Source of the DNA: a bacterium
GTDB lineage: Bacteria; Zixibacteria; MSB-5A5; GN15; FEB-12
NCBI GenBank assembly: GCA_043811375.1
Contig: JBDRNJ010000039.1
Span: 32,001-96,000 of the forward strand
Reading direction: 5' to 3'
Length of the DNA stretch: 64,000 bases
Part shown: positions 27,101-37,865 of the stretch, one piece after another
Layout of the letters: every line of letters starts with the position of its first letter
Position numbering within the stretch: the stretch's first letter is position 1
Program-made: the position numbers and the translations under genes
Notes under the pieces: generated by a model
What the model saw: the letters and a program-made list of their open reading frames with translations, nothing else
Database searches by the model: none
Told to the model about the DNA's origin: nothing

Positions 27101-27613
27101 CTATTCGAACTCCATCAGCTTGTCGCCCTTTTCCACCGAATTGCCGTCGTGCACGTAAACCGTCTTGACTGTTGCCTCTGCGGGAGCCTTGATGATGTTC
27201 TCCATCTTCATCGCTTCCAGCACCAGCAGCGTCTGGCCCCGGCGGACTTTCTCTCCCGGCTTAACTTTCACCTGTACCACCAGACCGGGCATGGCCGCTG
27301 TCAGTTGTGGCGCCATCGCCGCCCGAGAGGACATCCCGGCTGTCTTGCGCAATTGAGCTAAATTGTAGTCTTCGATTTCAACCGGAATCTCCATCCCCTT
27401 CATGAAAACAACCTTGTGATTGTCATAACCGTTGGCGCGGACATCCACTTCATGCGACTTGTCGTCTATCAGCAATAGTGAGCGGCTTTCGCCCAGTCGA
27501 TGGCAAACGACGTCCGTCTTGTGTCCGTTGACATGCACAACGTAACTGCCGGCCCGACGCTCAAGCTTGATCTCGAACTCTTTGCCGTCGACTCTGACCA
27601 GGTAGTGCGCCAT
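27101..27613 (-). CDS. biotin carboxyl carrier protein
   Basis: AAMPG.V..V, LEAMKMEN biotinylation motif. Confidence 0.93.
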   Translation of the reverse strand: MAHYLVRVDGKEFEIKLERRAGSYVVHVNGHKTDVVCHRLGESRSLLLIDDKSHEVDVRANGYDNHKVVFMKGMEIPVEIEDYNLAQLRKTAGMSSRAAMAPQLTAAMPGLVVQVKVKPGEKVRRGQTLLVLEAMKMENIIKAPAEATVKTVYVHDGNSVEKGDKLMEFE

Positions 27614-29146
27614 CAGCGACTCCCCGTAAACGTGCGCAGGTTTCTGCGGCGATGAAACGATCCCCATCCGGATAACGACTGCTCTCGGCGCTGAGACCCA
27701 ATCGCGATCTTCCGTTCCCTGGTAAATGTATCGAGCGCCACCACGATGGCGGCATCCCGGCGCAGGCCGTCATCAAGCACCCGGTAGTTGTGATCGGGAT
27801 ATTCTTCCTGCAGAAATTTAGTCGACATTTCACCCGCCCTGAACCGGTCGTTGTCCAGCACCACCCGGTGGAAACCGATCGTCGTCTTAACGCCGGACAC
27901 ACGGTATTCTTCCAGGGCACGTTGTGCCCGGTTGATCGCTTCGTCACGGTCCTGGCCCCAGACGACCAGCTTGGCAATGATAGGATCATAGTAGACGGGA
28001 ATCTCGGAGTATATCACCACACCCGAATCTACCCGCACTCCCGGCCCGGCCGGAAGCCTATAATTCTTAAGGGTGCCGGTTGAGGGCATAAATCCCGCCT
28101 GCGGATCTTCGGCATAGATACGGCACTCAATGGCATGTCCCGACAGCGCTATATCGTCCTGAGAAAAGGGCAACTTACCGGCGACGGCGATATTGATTTG
28201 TTCTTTCACCAAATCTAATCCGGTGACCATCTCCGTTACCGGGTGTTCCACCTGCAGGCGTGTGTTGACTTCCAGAAAGTAAAACGAACGATCTTCGTCG
28301 ACGAGAAACTCAACCGTTCCGGCGCCGACATAGCCGCTCTCTTTAGCTACCCGCACCGCCGCGGCCCCCCATCTCACGGCGCATCTCCTCGGTCACGATC
28401 GGTGATGGTGACTCCTCGATCACTTTTTGATGTCGACGCTGGATGGAACATTCACGCTCACCGAGATGAACGCAGTTGCCGTGCTGATCGCACAATATCT
28501 GTATTTCGATGTGACGCGGACGGGCCAGGTATTTTTCCAGGTAGACGCGACCATCACCAAAAGCCGAAGCCGCCTCGCGTCCGGCAGTTTCCAGCGCCTC
28601 GGCCAATTCATCGGCGGACTCGACCACCCGCATCCCTTTGCCACCCCCCCCGGCGGCCGCTTTCACCAGCACCGGATAACCCACAGCGTGGGCTTTATTG
28701 AGTACAATGTCTATTCCTTCACCAGGGCTGAGTTCAGCCCCGGGTGTGACAGATAAACCTGCTTTGAGCGCCGTTTCCCGTGCTTTGAGTTTGTCACCGA
28801 GCAGACGAATTGTGTCCGCTGTCGGTCCGATGAATATTATCCCCTCATCGACGCAACGTTGTGCGAACTCGGCATTCTCAGCCAGGAAACCATAGCCGGG
28901 GTGAATAGCATCAGCGCCGGATTTCCTGGCGGTATTGATTATCTTGTCATGGACCAGGTAGCTTTCGGTCGACGGCGACCGGCCGATGTGATACGCTTCG
29001 TCAGCCATGCGGACATGGTAGGCGGTACGGTCGCAATCGGAGAAAACGGCCACCGAGGTAATCCCCATTTCACGGCAGGCACGCATCACCCGCACGGCGA
29101 TTTCGCCCCGATTGGCAATGAGGATTTTGTTTAATTTAGCAGCCAT
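27613..29146 (-). pseudogene. biotin carboxylase subunit of acyl-CoA carboxylase, split by +1 frameshift in a G6 run
   Basis: N-part: [33 protein letters not shown]-part: GTVEF, EVNTRLQVEHPVTE, YYDPIIAKL. Removing one C at 28365-28370 restores a 510 aa ORF. Confidence 0.85.
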
Positions 29147-29202
29147 ATCACACGCAATTGCCGTCGTATCCAAGTGCTGTCATGCGCCCAACACTACTAT
29201 AT

Positions 29203-30753
29203 CTACAACGGTATATTCCCATGTTTCTTGGGTGGATTGTTGTCCTTTTTCGTTTCCAGCATCTCAAAAGCGCGAATCAAACGGGGCCTTGTTGTTTTCG
29301 GCTCGATGACGTCATCGACATATCCACGCGCTGCTGCCGAGAACGGGTTGGCAAATCGCGCTCGGTAATCTTCAGTCTTATGCTGGAGTTCGGCCTTGGG
29401 ATCATCGGCGGCAGCGATGTCGTGTTTGAAAATGATTTCCGCCGCCCCCTGCGGTCCCATCACGGCGATCTCGGCCGTAGGCCAGGCATAGTTCATGTCG
29501 CCGCGCACGTGCTTGCTGTTCATAACATCGTAAGCGCCGCCGTAGGCTTTGCGGGTGATGACGGTCACTTTCGGCACCGTTGCTTCGCAGTAGGCATACA
29601 GCAGCTTGGCGCCTTCCTTGATTATACCCCCATGCTCCTGGTCGGTACCGGGCAGAAACCCGGGCACGTCTTCGAATGTCAGCAGCGGGATATTGAACGC
29701 GTCGCAGAAACGAATAAAGCGCGCACCTTTTTTTGACGAGTTTATATCCAGCACTCCCGCCAGCACCGCCGGCTGATTGGCAATGATGCCGATCGAGCGC
29801 CCGCCCAAATGCGCAAAACCGACTATGATATTTTGCGCAAACTCCTCGTGCACTTCCATGAACGAGCCGTTATCGATAACGCGGTTGATGGCATCTTTGA
29901 TATCATACGGCTGGTTGGGATTTTCCGGTACGACCTGGTTGAGCTGCTCGTCTTCACGGTCGAGCGGGTCGGTGCATTCCACCGAGGGCGGGTCCTCGCA
30001 GTTGTTCTGCGGGATGTATTGCAGCAGTCGTTTGAGCCGGGCGATGACGTCAGCTTCGTTCTCGCAGGCAAAATGCGCCACACCCGATTTTGTGGCATGA
30101 GTTACCGCGCCGCCCAGTTCCTCGGAGGAAACAACTTCGTGCGTGACCGTCTTGACGACGTTGGGGCCGGTCACAAACATGTATGACGTCCCTTTGGTCA
30201 TCAGGACAAAATCGGTTATGGCCGGGCTGTAGACCGCCCCGCCGGCGCACGGTCCGAGGATAGCCGATATCTGCGGCACCACCCCGGAAGCCAGAGTATT
30301 GCGCAGGAAGATGTCGGCATAGCCGCCCAGCGATACCACCCCTTCCTGGATACGCGCTCCACCGGAGTCGTTCAGGCCGATCACCGGCGCGCCGACTTTC
30401 ATTGCTATATCCATGATCTTGCAAATCTTCTCGGCGTGCGCCTCCGACAGCGAGCCGCCGAAGACAGTAAAGTCCTGCGAGAAGATGTAAACGAGTCGAC
30501 CGTTGATCCTGCCGCAGCCGGTGATGACACCGTCGCCGAGTATCTTGTTTTCGGCCAGACCGAAATCGGATGAACGGTGGGTGACGAACATATCAAACTC
30601 TTCAAACGAGTTGACATCCACCAACAGCTCAATCCGCTCGCGCGCGGTCAGTTTGCCTTTTTTGTGCTGGGCGTCGATACGTTTCTGGCCACCGCCAAGT
30701 TTGGCCTCGGCGCGCATCTGCTCCAGCTTGTTCAGTTTTTCTTCAAGCGACAT
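29203..30753 (-). CDS. pccB: acyl-CoA (propionyl-CoA) carboxylase carboxyltransferase subunit
   Basis: [56 protein letters not shown]. Confidence 0.93.
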   Translation of the reverse strand: MSLEEKLNKLEQMRAEAKLGGGQKRIDAQHKKGKLTARERIELLVDVNSFEEFDMFVTHRSSDFGLAENKILGDGVITGCGRINGRLVYIFSQDFTVFGGSLSEAHAEKICKIMDIAMKVGAPVIGLNDSGGARIQEGVVSLGGYADIFLRNTLASGVVPQISAILGPCAGGAVYSPAITDFVLMTKGTSYMFVTGPNVVKTVTHEVVSSEELGGAVTHATKSGVAHFACENEADVIARLKRLLQYIPQNNCEDPPSVECTDPLDREDEQLNQVVPENPNQPYDIKDAINRVIDNGSFMEVHEEFAQNIIVGFAHLGGRSIGIIANQPAVLAGVLDINSSKKGARFIRFCDAFNIPLLTFEDVPGFLPGTDQEHGGIIKEGAKLLYAYCEATVPKVTVITRKAYGGAYDVMNSKHVRGDMNYAWPTAEIAVMGPQGAAEIIFKHDIAAADDPKAELQHKTEDYRARFANPFSAAARGYVDDVIEPKTTRPRLIRAFEMLETKKDNNPPKKHGNIPL

Positions 30754-30810
30754 AATATCTCTTCAGTTTCGTGGGCGGCAGATGTCCACATCTGCCCCAC
30801 ACCCATCTCC

Positions 30811-31665
30811 TTACGTGACACCGGACACCGTGATCTTTTTCTCCACCTCGTACACTGTCCCCAGCGGGATATCAATATCATGGTCAAACGCCATCACGAT
30901 GCCATCGCCGATTATCTGCGGCAGAGTCCGCCGCTTGACCTCCATTGAATCCAGCGGGAACAGATCAGCCGCTGGAATATACGGCACCTTCATGTGATGC
31001 GAGGTGCAGTAGATGTCGGCGTAGTACCACACCTGACGACCGCCGGATTCTATCTGCAGGGCAAAGTGCCCTTTCGTATGCCCGCCGGTATGAACCGCCC
31101 GTATACCGGCAAACAGTTCCGTGTCGGCGTCAATAAACTCCACCCGCCCGGCTTCGCGCAGAGCATGGTAACGCTCCGGGATATACACCGCTGCCGTCCG
31201 TTCATCCGGGTTGGTGGCGTCCTGCCATTCGTTATTTTCGATGAGGTACTTCGCGTTTGCAAAACGGGGCACATACTCACCGTCAACGAGTTTCACCGCC
31301 CCCCCGGCGTGATCGGTATGCAGGTGGGTCAGTATTACGTAGTCGATGTCGTCCGGTGTCAGGCCCAGCGACGATAACCCGGCTTCCATCCGCGAGACAC
31401 CATCGGTGCTATAGATTGTACATTCCTTCTCCGACAATGTGTCACCCAGACCGGCATCGAAAATCATATTCTTACCGTGCGCCCCGAGCACGAATATATT
31501 GGTCTGCATCGGAATGCGATTGTTCTCATCGGCCGGAAGTGTTTTCTGCCAGATGACTTTGGGTATCACGCCGAACATGGAGCCGCCGTCGAGTCGGAAT
31601 TTCTGCTCAACGAACGAGCGTATTTCAAAATCACCAAACTTCATCTGTGCCTGCTTATCTGCCAA
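30811..31665 (-). CDS. MBL-fold metallo-hydrolase (YtnP-like)
   Basis: LDGGSMFGVIPK, THLHTDHAGG, TGGHTKGH. Start 31665 or 31644. Confidence 0.9.
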   Translation of the reverse strand: MADKQAQMKFGDFEIRSFVEQKFRLDGGSMFGVIPKVIWQKTLPADENNRIPMQTNIFVLGAHGKNMIFDAGLGDTLSEKECTIYSTDGVSRMEAGLSSLGLTPDDIDYVILTHLHTDHAGGAVKLVDGEYVPRFANAKYLIENNEWQDATNPDERTAAVYIPERYHALREAGRVEFIDADTELFAGIRAVHTGGHTKGHFALQIESGGRQVWYYADIYCTSHHMKVPYIPAADLFPLDSMEVKRRTLPQIIGDGIVMAFDHDIDIPLGTVYEVEKKITVSGVT

Positions 31666-31710
31666 CTCACCGTCATCATACCATCCGGCTCCGGAGCAGT
31701 CGTGCTGTTT

Positions 31711-32121
31711 TTAGCCGGATTCCTTCTTACCGATCGCCTCCCGGAGAAATGCAATCGCCGCCTCGGTCGGCGCACCGGGCGTGAAGATTTTGGCCACGCC
31801 CATCTTCTCCAGCTCCTCTTTGTCGTCGTCGGGGATAATCCCGCCGCCGAAGAGCATGATGTCGGTCGCCTCATTCTTTTTCAGCTCGTCGAGGATAGCC
31901 GGGAACAGCGTCATGTGCGCCCCCGACAGGATCGATACCCCGATAGCGTCGACATCTTCCTGGATAGCGGCGTTGACAATCATCGGCGGCGTCTGTCTCA
32001 GGCCGGTATAGATCACTTCCATCCCGGCATCACGCAGCGCCGCGGCGATTACTTTGATACCCCGGTCATGTCCGTCCAGACCGGGCTTGGCTAAGAGAAC
32101 TCTGATTTTTTGTTCTGGCAT
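31711..32121 (-). CDS. acyl-CoA mutase small (cobalamin-binding) subunit
   Basis: [10 protein letters not shown] (DxHxxG), SILSGAH, GGIIP. Confidence 0.95.
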   Translation of the reverse strand: MPEQKIRVLLAKPGLDGHDRGIKVIAAALRDAGMEVIYTGLRQTPPMIVNAAIQEDVDAIGVSILSGAHMTLFPAILDELKKNEATDIMLFGGGIIPDDDKEELEKMGVAKIFTPGAPTEAAIAFLREAIGKKESG

Positions 32122-32211
32122 ATTCTATGTCCGATGGTTTGATCTTGTCATATTCAACTTACCGCCCGATCCGCCGTTGCTATGGTTACTACTGAACCTG
32201 TTTCCTCCCCC

Positions 32212-33909
32212 CTACCCCGGTTGCATGGCCCCGGCCGGTTCGACGTATTCGCCCCAGACCTCGCGCAGGACATCACACATCTCACCCAGCGTAGCATACT
32301 TGCGGCTGCATTCCAGGATCGCCTCGAAAGTGTTACCGTCACCCTTGGCGACCGTCTTGAGGTTGGCCAGCGCTGCCTGAACCGCCCCGTTGTCACGCTC
32401 GGCGCGTATTTTCTTTACAAACGCCACCTGCTGCTGCTCTACCTCTCGGTCGATTCTCAGGATCGGTATATCGATCTTTTCATTTTCCATTACGAAATCA
32501 TTCACACCGACAATTTTGCGCTCGTCTTTTTCGATTTCCCGTTGGAAACGGTAGGCCGACCTGGCGATCTCCCGCTGGAAAAAGCCTTCCTCGACACAAG
32601 CCACCACGCCGCCGCGTCGTTTTATCTCCTCGAAATACTTCTCCGCCTCGGCTTCCATCTTGTCGGTCAGCGCCTCGATGAAATACGATCCGGCCAGCGG
32701 ATCGATAGTATTGGCGACGCCGCTTTCGTATGCAATTATCTGTTGCGTGCGTAGCGCGATCGTCACCGCTTTCTCACCGGGCAGGGCCAGTGTTTCATCC
32801 ATTGAGTTGGTGTGCAGCGACTGGGTGCCGCCCAGCACACCTGAGAGCGCCTGCAGCGCCACCCGCACGATATTGTTCTCCGGCTGCTGGGCAGTAAGCG
32901 AACAACCGGCCGTCTGAGTGTGAAAACGGCACAGCCAGCTGCGGGGGTCTTTGGCCTTGTATTTGTCGCGCATCCGTTTGGCGTAGATACGTCGCGCCGC
33001 CCGGTACTTGGCGATCTCTTCGAAGAAATCGGAGTGGGCGTTAAAGAAAAACGACAACCGGGGAGCAAAGTCGTCGACTTTCTGTCCCGCCTCGATAGCC
33101 GACTCGATATACTGAAAACCGTCGGCCAGCGTGAATGCCAACTCCTGCACAGCGGTGGCGCCCGCTTCGCGGATATGGTAGCCGGAGATCGAGATAGTAT
33201 TCCACTGGGGGACATGGTTGGTGCAGAACTCCATCAGGTCGGTTATCAGACGTATAGACGGTCGCGGCGGGTAAATAAACTCCTTCTGCGCCATGTACTC
33301 TTTGAGAATGTCATTCTGGAGTGTCCCCCGTACCTTGTCAAACGGCACCCCCTGCTTTTCAGCCACCGCCAGGTACATTGCCAGCGCCATCGAGGCGGGA
33401 GAGTTGATAGTCATTGAGGTCGAAACTTTCGCCAGATCGATCCCGTCAAAAATGATCTCCATGTCGGCCAGCGAGTCGACCGCCACGCCGCATTTGCCGA
33501 CCTCGCCGAGCGCGTGGTGGTGGTCTGAATCGTAGCCCATCAGGGTCGGCATATCAAACGCCGTCGACAGGCCGGTGCCGCCCTGTTTCAGCAGGTAATG
33601 AAACCGCTGGTTTGTCTGGCGCGGGGTGCCCATTCCGGCAAACTGACGCATAGTCCACAGCCGAGTGCGGTACATAGTATGATGCACCCCCCGGGTATAG
33701 GGAAACTCACCGGGCAGACCGATGTGGTCCCAGTAGTGCTGGTCCCGGTTGCCACCAGCGATCGAATCGGGTGTATAGAGTTCGTCTATGTCAACGCTCG
33801 AGACGGTGAAAAACTTAGGCATCGACTTGCGGCTTCGGGTTTTGGCGGCCGCTTTATCCCACTGGCCGAGGCGTGCCTTGAGGCTGTCGAGCAACTTCTT
33901 TGAGAACAT
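32212..33909 (-). CDS. acyl-CoA mutase large subunit, isobutyryl-CoA mutase-type residues
   Basis: [10 protein letters not shown] and [10 protein letters not shown]: Phe/Gln in place of the Tyr/Arg of methylmalonyl-CoA mutase. Confidence 0.85.
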   Translation of the reverse strand: MFSKKLLDSLKARLGQWDKAAAKTRSRKSMPKFFTVSSVDIDELYTPDSIAGGNRDQHYWDHIGLPGEFPYTRGVHHTMYRTRLWTMRQFAGMGTPRQTNQRFHYLLKQGGTGLSTAFDMPTLMGYDSDHHHALGEVGKCGVAVDSLADMEIIFDGIDLAKVSTSMTINSPASMALAMYLAVAEKQGVPFDKVRGTLQNDILKEYMAQKEFIYPPRPSIRLITDLMEFCTNHVPQWNTISISGYHIREAGATAVQELAFTLADGFQYIESAIEAGQKVDDFAPRLSFFFNAHSDFFEEIAKYRAARRIYAKRMRDKYKAKDPRSWLCRFHTQTAGCSLTAQQPENNIVRVALQALSGVLGGTQSLHTNSMDETLALPGEKAVTIALRTQQIIAYESGVANTIDPLAGSYFIEALTDKMEAEAEKYFEEIKRRGGVVACVEEGFFQREIARSAYRFQREIEKDERKIVGVNDFVMENEKIDIPILRIDREVEQQQVAFVKKIRAERDNGAVQAALANLKTVAKGDGNTFEAILECSRKYATLGEMCDVLREVWGEYVEPAGAMQPG

Positions 33910-34098
33910 GCCGGCAATTCTCCAACTGTATATTTGACAATGAATTTAATGCAACCGGCGGCCAAAATCAAGTTGATAGCGGCAAGCCGCTTTTGCCCAA
34001 TGGCGGCATGAACAAAGATGTTGAAGCCGCATCTATAACTTACAATATCTCAGTCCTACATCCATTGCGCGATAGTTAAGTGTGACGACTCCGCTCAG

Positions 34099-34236
34099 GG
34101 TGACTACAAAGACTCCTCTTTGAGGTCGGCTTCTTGCGCTGTCACGAATCCTTTCGTGACGGCAAATTTGGTGCGATCAGGAAGGGATTCCTAACCGCGC
34201 GTGGTGACGACAAAGCCTCCTCTTTGAGGTCGGCTT
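34099..34236. repeat. 34-bp direct repeat pair with palindromic spacer
   Basis: 34099-34132 vs 34203-34236, 32/34 identical; spacer holds GTCACGAA-TCCT-TTCGTGAC. Confidence 0.8.
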
Positions 34237-35478
34237 TCAGAATAACCCCCTAACATCCCCGGCCACCTGCTTCTTGAAAAACACCGGGTCGGTGTCTCCC
34301 TCGGTGTTAAGAAGCAGAACGGTCGACTCCGGCGACAAATCAAGCCGCTCACGAACGGCTGCCGGTGAATTATCCCGGCAAATATCCAGCAGCGCCGCCA
34401 GACCGGCAGCGCCGGATTCACCGGAAACGACAATCGGGTCGGAGCCATCCGGGTGGTAATATGTCCGCATCGCTGCGACACCTGATTCATCATTTACCGT
34501 GAGAAACAGGTCATAGCTGTCGCGCACCAGTGGCCAGGCGACCGGCGAGGGCTGCCCGCAGTTGAGACCGGCCATTATTGACTGCTGATCGCCACGGGTG
34601 GCCGTCGGTTGCCCCCCGGAGAGGACAGACTCCAAAAGGCAGTCGGACTCGGCCGGTTCGACCGCCACCAGCCTGATATCGGATCGCATCCTTTCCCGAC
34701 GGTAATACCATCCCGCCGCCGCCGCCAGCGCACCCACTCCGCCCTGGACTATAACCACATCCACCCGGTCCAATCCATCCGCCTGATCTATTTCCCGAAA
34801 CAACGTCAGATACCCGGCCATGACCCAGCGCGGAATCTCGGTATATCCCGGCCACGAGGTATCGGAAATTACCTGCCAATCATTCTTTTCTGCCGCCCGT
34901 GCGGCCGCGACAACCGCGTCATCGTAGGTCCCGTCAACTACCGTTACCCCGGCACCTTCGGCGGCAATAGCCTCGATTCTGGCTTTAACTGTATCGCGTG
35001 GCACAAAAACTGCCGCCTTCTGACCCAGTCTCCGCGCTGTCCAGGCCACGCCGCGACCATGGTTGCCATCGGTGGCGGTGCAGAAAGTGAACCGGCCCGG
35101 CTCAATCAGATCAGCGCCTTCACGGTAGAAAACCTCAGGTTCGCACACTGCGGCTCCGTGTTCCCCGATGTGACGTTCAATAAAGCGGTATATGGCATAA
35201 GATGACCCCAGAACCTTAAACGCTTTCAGCCCCAGACGGTGTGATTCATCTTTGACCAGGATTCGCCCCACACCCAACTTGCGAGCCAGTGACGGCAGGG
35301 AGTGCAGCGGAGTCAGCCGGTACCCGGGGATCGATTGATGAACGGCGGCGATGTCGTCCCGCTCGAAAGCGGCGCTGGTCTCATTATCCCACCGTGGGTC
35401 CCGTTGATGGTAGGGGTTGAAGCTGTAGCGGCATCTCCCGTGGGTGGCATCGTTGTGCTGTTCGTGCCCTGACGCCAT
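34237..35478 (-). CDS. dpaL: diaminopropionate ammonia-lyase (PLP fold II)
   Basis: KDES.R.GLKAFK.LG, TATDGNHGRGVAW, ISDTSWPGY, MAGLNCG, SGESGAAG, TEGDTDP. Confidence 0.88.
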   Translation of the reverse strand: MASGHEQHNDATHGRCRYSFNPYHQRDPRWDNETSAAFERDDIAAVHQSIPGYRLTPLHSLPSLARKLGVGRILVKDESHRLGLKAFKVLGSSYAIYRFIERHIGEHGAAVCEPEVFYREGADLIEPGRFTFCTATDGNHGRGVAWTARRLGQKAAVFVPRDTVKARIEAIAAEGAGVTVVDGTYDDAVVAAARAAEKNDWQVISDTSWPGYTEIPRWVMAGYLTLFREIDQADGLDRVDVVIVQGGVGALAAAAGWYYRRERMRSDIRLVAVEPAESDCLLESVLSGGQPTATRGDQQSIMAGLNCGQPSPVAWPLVRDSYDLFLTVNDESGVAAMRTYYHPDGSDPIVVSGESGAAGLAALLDICRDNSPAAVRERLDLSPESTVLLLNTEGDTDPVFFKKQVAGDVRGLF

Positions 35479-35484
35479 CGTCGA

Positions 35485-36531
35485 CTACTCCCGGTCCAGC
35501 CTCTGACCGGTGTCGGAATCAAAAAAGAGCAGGTCCTGCACATTGAAAGTGAAGTTGACCGTTCGCCCCGGTGACAGTTGCGTCGGGCAGTTGGCCACAG
35601 TCAGTGATTGTCCCTTGAACGACAGCGTTACCACATACTGTCCACCCAAATACTCCGACGATTCCACCGTTGCAATATACTCGCCGTCCGGCGTGATGCT
35701 GATTTGCTCCGGTCGTATTCCCACCAGCAATTGATTGACCCGCAGTTGCCGGTTGATCAGAACAACCCCAAACGGAATGAGCACTTGTTTCTCTATGCGA
35801 GCCGGCACCAGATTCATTTTGGGAGACCCGATAAACTCCGCCACGAACCGATTGGCGGGGTCGCCGTACAGTTCCTGCGGTGAACCGAGCTGGACTATTT
35901 GTCCCTCGTTAAGAAGAGCGATGCGATCTCCCATTGTCAGGGCTTCCGCCTGGTCGTGCGTAACGTGAATCGCGGTAGTCTTGAGCTTTTTTTGCAACTG
36001 CACGATCTCCCGTCGCATTCTTGCCCGAAGATCAGCGTCGAGATTGGACAACGGTTCGTCAAAAAGAAACAATGCCGGTTGGCGGATAATTGCCCGACCG
36101 AGGGCCACACGCTGCCGCTGGCCGCCGGAGAGTTGCGCCGGGTAGGCATCGAGCCTGTCGGCCAGCCCCAGGGTCTGCGCCACCTGGTGTACCCGGCAGT
36201 GTCTTTCCCCACGACCAAACCCGGCCACCCGCAGAGGGAAAGCCAGGTTTTTCGCCACTGTCATGTGGGGATAAAGGGAGTAGTTCTGAAACACCAGGGC
36301 CACGTTGCGGTCCCGCGGACGGAGGTGATCGACCCGCCGATCGGCAATGTATATCTCTCCCCGGTCGGCCTCTTCCAGCCCGGCCACCAGCCGTAATAAT
36401 GTCGTCTTTCCACAACCGGACGGCCCCAACAGTACCAGTAGTTCGCCGCCGGTCAACTCGAGGGAGATGTCTCGAAGAACTTCAACACCATCGAAAGACT
36501 TGCCGAGATTGCGAATCGCCAGCCCGCTCAT
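35485..36531 (-). CDS. ABC transporter ATP-binding protein (MalK/UgpC family)
   Basis: GPSGCGKT, VFQNYSLYPHM, LSGGQRQRVALGRA, DEPLSNLD, TOBE-like tail. Confidence 0.93.
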   Translation of the reverse strand: MSGLAIRNLGKSFDGVEVLRDISLELTGGELLVLLGPSGCGKTTLLRLVAGLEEADRGEIYIADRRVDHLRPRDRNVALVFQNYSLYPHMTVAKNLAFPLRVAGFGRGERHCRVHQVAQTLGLADRLDAYPAQLSGGQRQRVALGRAIIRQPALFLFDEPLSNLDADLRARMRREIVQLQKKLKTTAIHVTHDQAEALTMGDRIALLNEGQIVQLGSPQELYGDPANRFVAEFIGSPKMNLVPARIEKQVLIPFGVVLINRQLRVNQLLVGIRPEQISITPDGEYIATVESSEYLGGQYVVTLSFKGQSLTVANCPTQLSPGRTVNFTFNVQDLLFFDSDTGQRLDRE

Positions 36532-37620
36532 TCAGCTCATATCCTGTATATTCGCCTGGTGGATCCTGAAATTCCTGCTTCTGTCCCGCAAGCTCTGAGG
36601 AGGTTCAACGGCGGTTGTCATAAATAATTGTCCAAAATCTCCCAGTGATTGCATCAGTGCTTCCGACCGTTGCCGGTCCAACTCGGCAAACACTTCATCC
36701 AGCAGCAGCACCGGTTTGATTTTGCGAGCATCGCGCAGCCAGCAATAAACGGCCAGCTTGAGAGCAATGGCGGCTGTGCGACATTCCCCCTGCGAGCCGT
36801 GGGTGCGGGCCGGGTAATCGCCTATCTGAAACATGATCTCATCACGATGGGGACCGGTTAGAGAAGCTTTCAGCAGTGATTCACGTTGGCGCTGCCGTGC
36901 CAGAGCCGCCTCGAACGACTGATGAATGGTTTTGATATCGGTGCCGTCACCATCGACAGAAAACGAAGGTTGGTAGGTTAGCGACAACCGGCTCTGCCCG
37001 GCTATATCGGCATAGTAGTCTCCCGCCAGGTCGTCCATCCGGTCGATAAAGCGTTGCCGCGCTGCCATAACCTCGGCGCCATGGTTAATCATCAGGCTGT
37101 CAAAGGGTGTGGTATCGCCGTCCGCTTTGAGACAGGCGTTCTTCTGCAGCAAAGCTCTCTGGTAGTCCGTCAGATGGGACAGGTAGGAACATGAATACTG
37201 CGAAAGATAGATATCCAGAAAGCTGCGTCGCCCCGAGGGCGGTCCGGATAGTATCTGACCATCCTCCGGACCCAGCGATACTGCGGCGTGCGCTTCATAC
37301 AATTCGGTGATCGGCACCGTAATGTCGTCGATAGTAACCTTGCGGCGTGCTCCCCTTTGATAAGCCACCGCCACCGTGCTGCTTCTACCCCGGCACTCTA
37401 TATCACCCTCCAGCCGATAAACTTCCTGGCCGTGTCGCAACAGAATTATGTCCGCCGCTCGTCGCTGCGAACGTCCCAGACAAAGTACGAATAGTGCCTC
37501 CAGCAGGTTGGTTTTACCGGCGCCGTTGTTTCCATAGAAGATATTTACCGTGGGCGAAAAGTTTGCTGACAGTTGCGTGAAATTACGAAAGTCGACAATC
37601 GAAAGGTGTGCTATATTCAT
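36532..37620 (-). CDS. recF: DNA replication/repair protein RecF
   Basis: FRN, GNNGAGKTNLLEA, GPHRD, GSQG, LLLDEVFAELD; follows dnaN. Confidence 0.95.
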   Translation of the reverse strand: MNIAHLSIVDFRNFTQLSANFSPTVNIFYGNNGAGKTNLLEALFVLCLGRSQRRAADIILLRHGQEVYRLEGDIECRGRSSTVAVAYQRGARRKVTIDDITVPITELYEAHAAVSLGPEDGQILSGPPSGRRSFLDIYLSQYSCSYLSHLTDYQRALLQKNACLKADGDTTPFDSLMINHGAEVMAARQRFIDRMDDLAGDYYADIAGQSRLSLTYQPSFSVDGDGTDIKTIHQSFEAALARQRQRESLLKASLTGPHRDEIMFQIGDYPARTHGSQGECRTAAIALKLAVYCWLRDARKIKPVLLLDEVFAELDRQRSEALMQSLGDFGQLFMTTAVEPPQSLRDRSRNFRIHQANIQDMS

Positions 37621-37865
37621 GAACCAAATCACAAAAAACGGCGGATGTTCGGAGATTGTCCCATAGGCAGGCTCCGGTCATACCTGGTCACAGATGAAGT
37701 TAAACCGCAATACACCAACACTCTGTAAAACCAAAACCCATCCCCGTAACCGGTATCACCCTTTCTATTATGCGAGAGACAAGCTCCCGCTTTACGCAGA
37801 TCGGAATCACTATATCCGGGAACAACCTTCTGACACCTGCCATAATTGGTTCTCGTTGGTCACAC

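Noticed and set aside
33910..34100. Cobalamin riboswitch upstream of the mutase operon
   Set aside because: No B12-box or GGGAA/GCCACTG core seen; only a plain TTGATT-N17-TAAATT promoter candidate on the minus strand.
34099..34236. Mini CRISPR array
   Set aside because: Only two copies, a 70-bp palindromic spacer and no cas genes.
37621..37865. Small gene between dnaN and recF (YaaA-like position)
   Set aside because: The only co-oriented candidate found is a ~47-codon ORF with no S4-like motif or clear SD.
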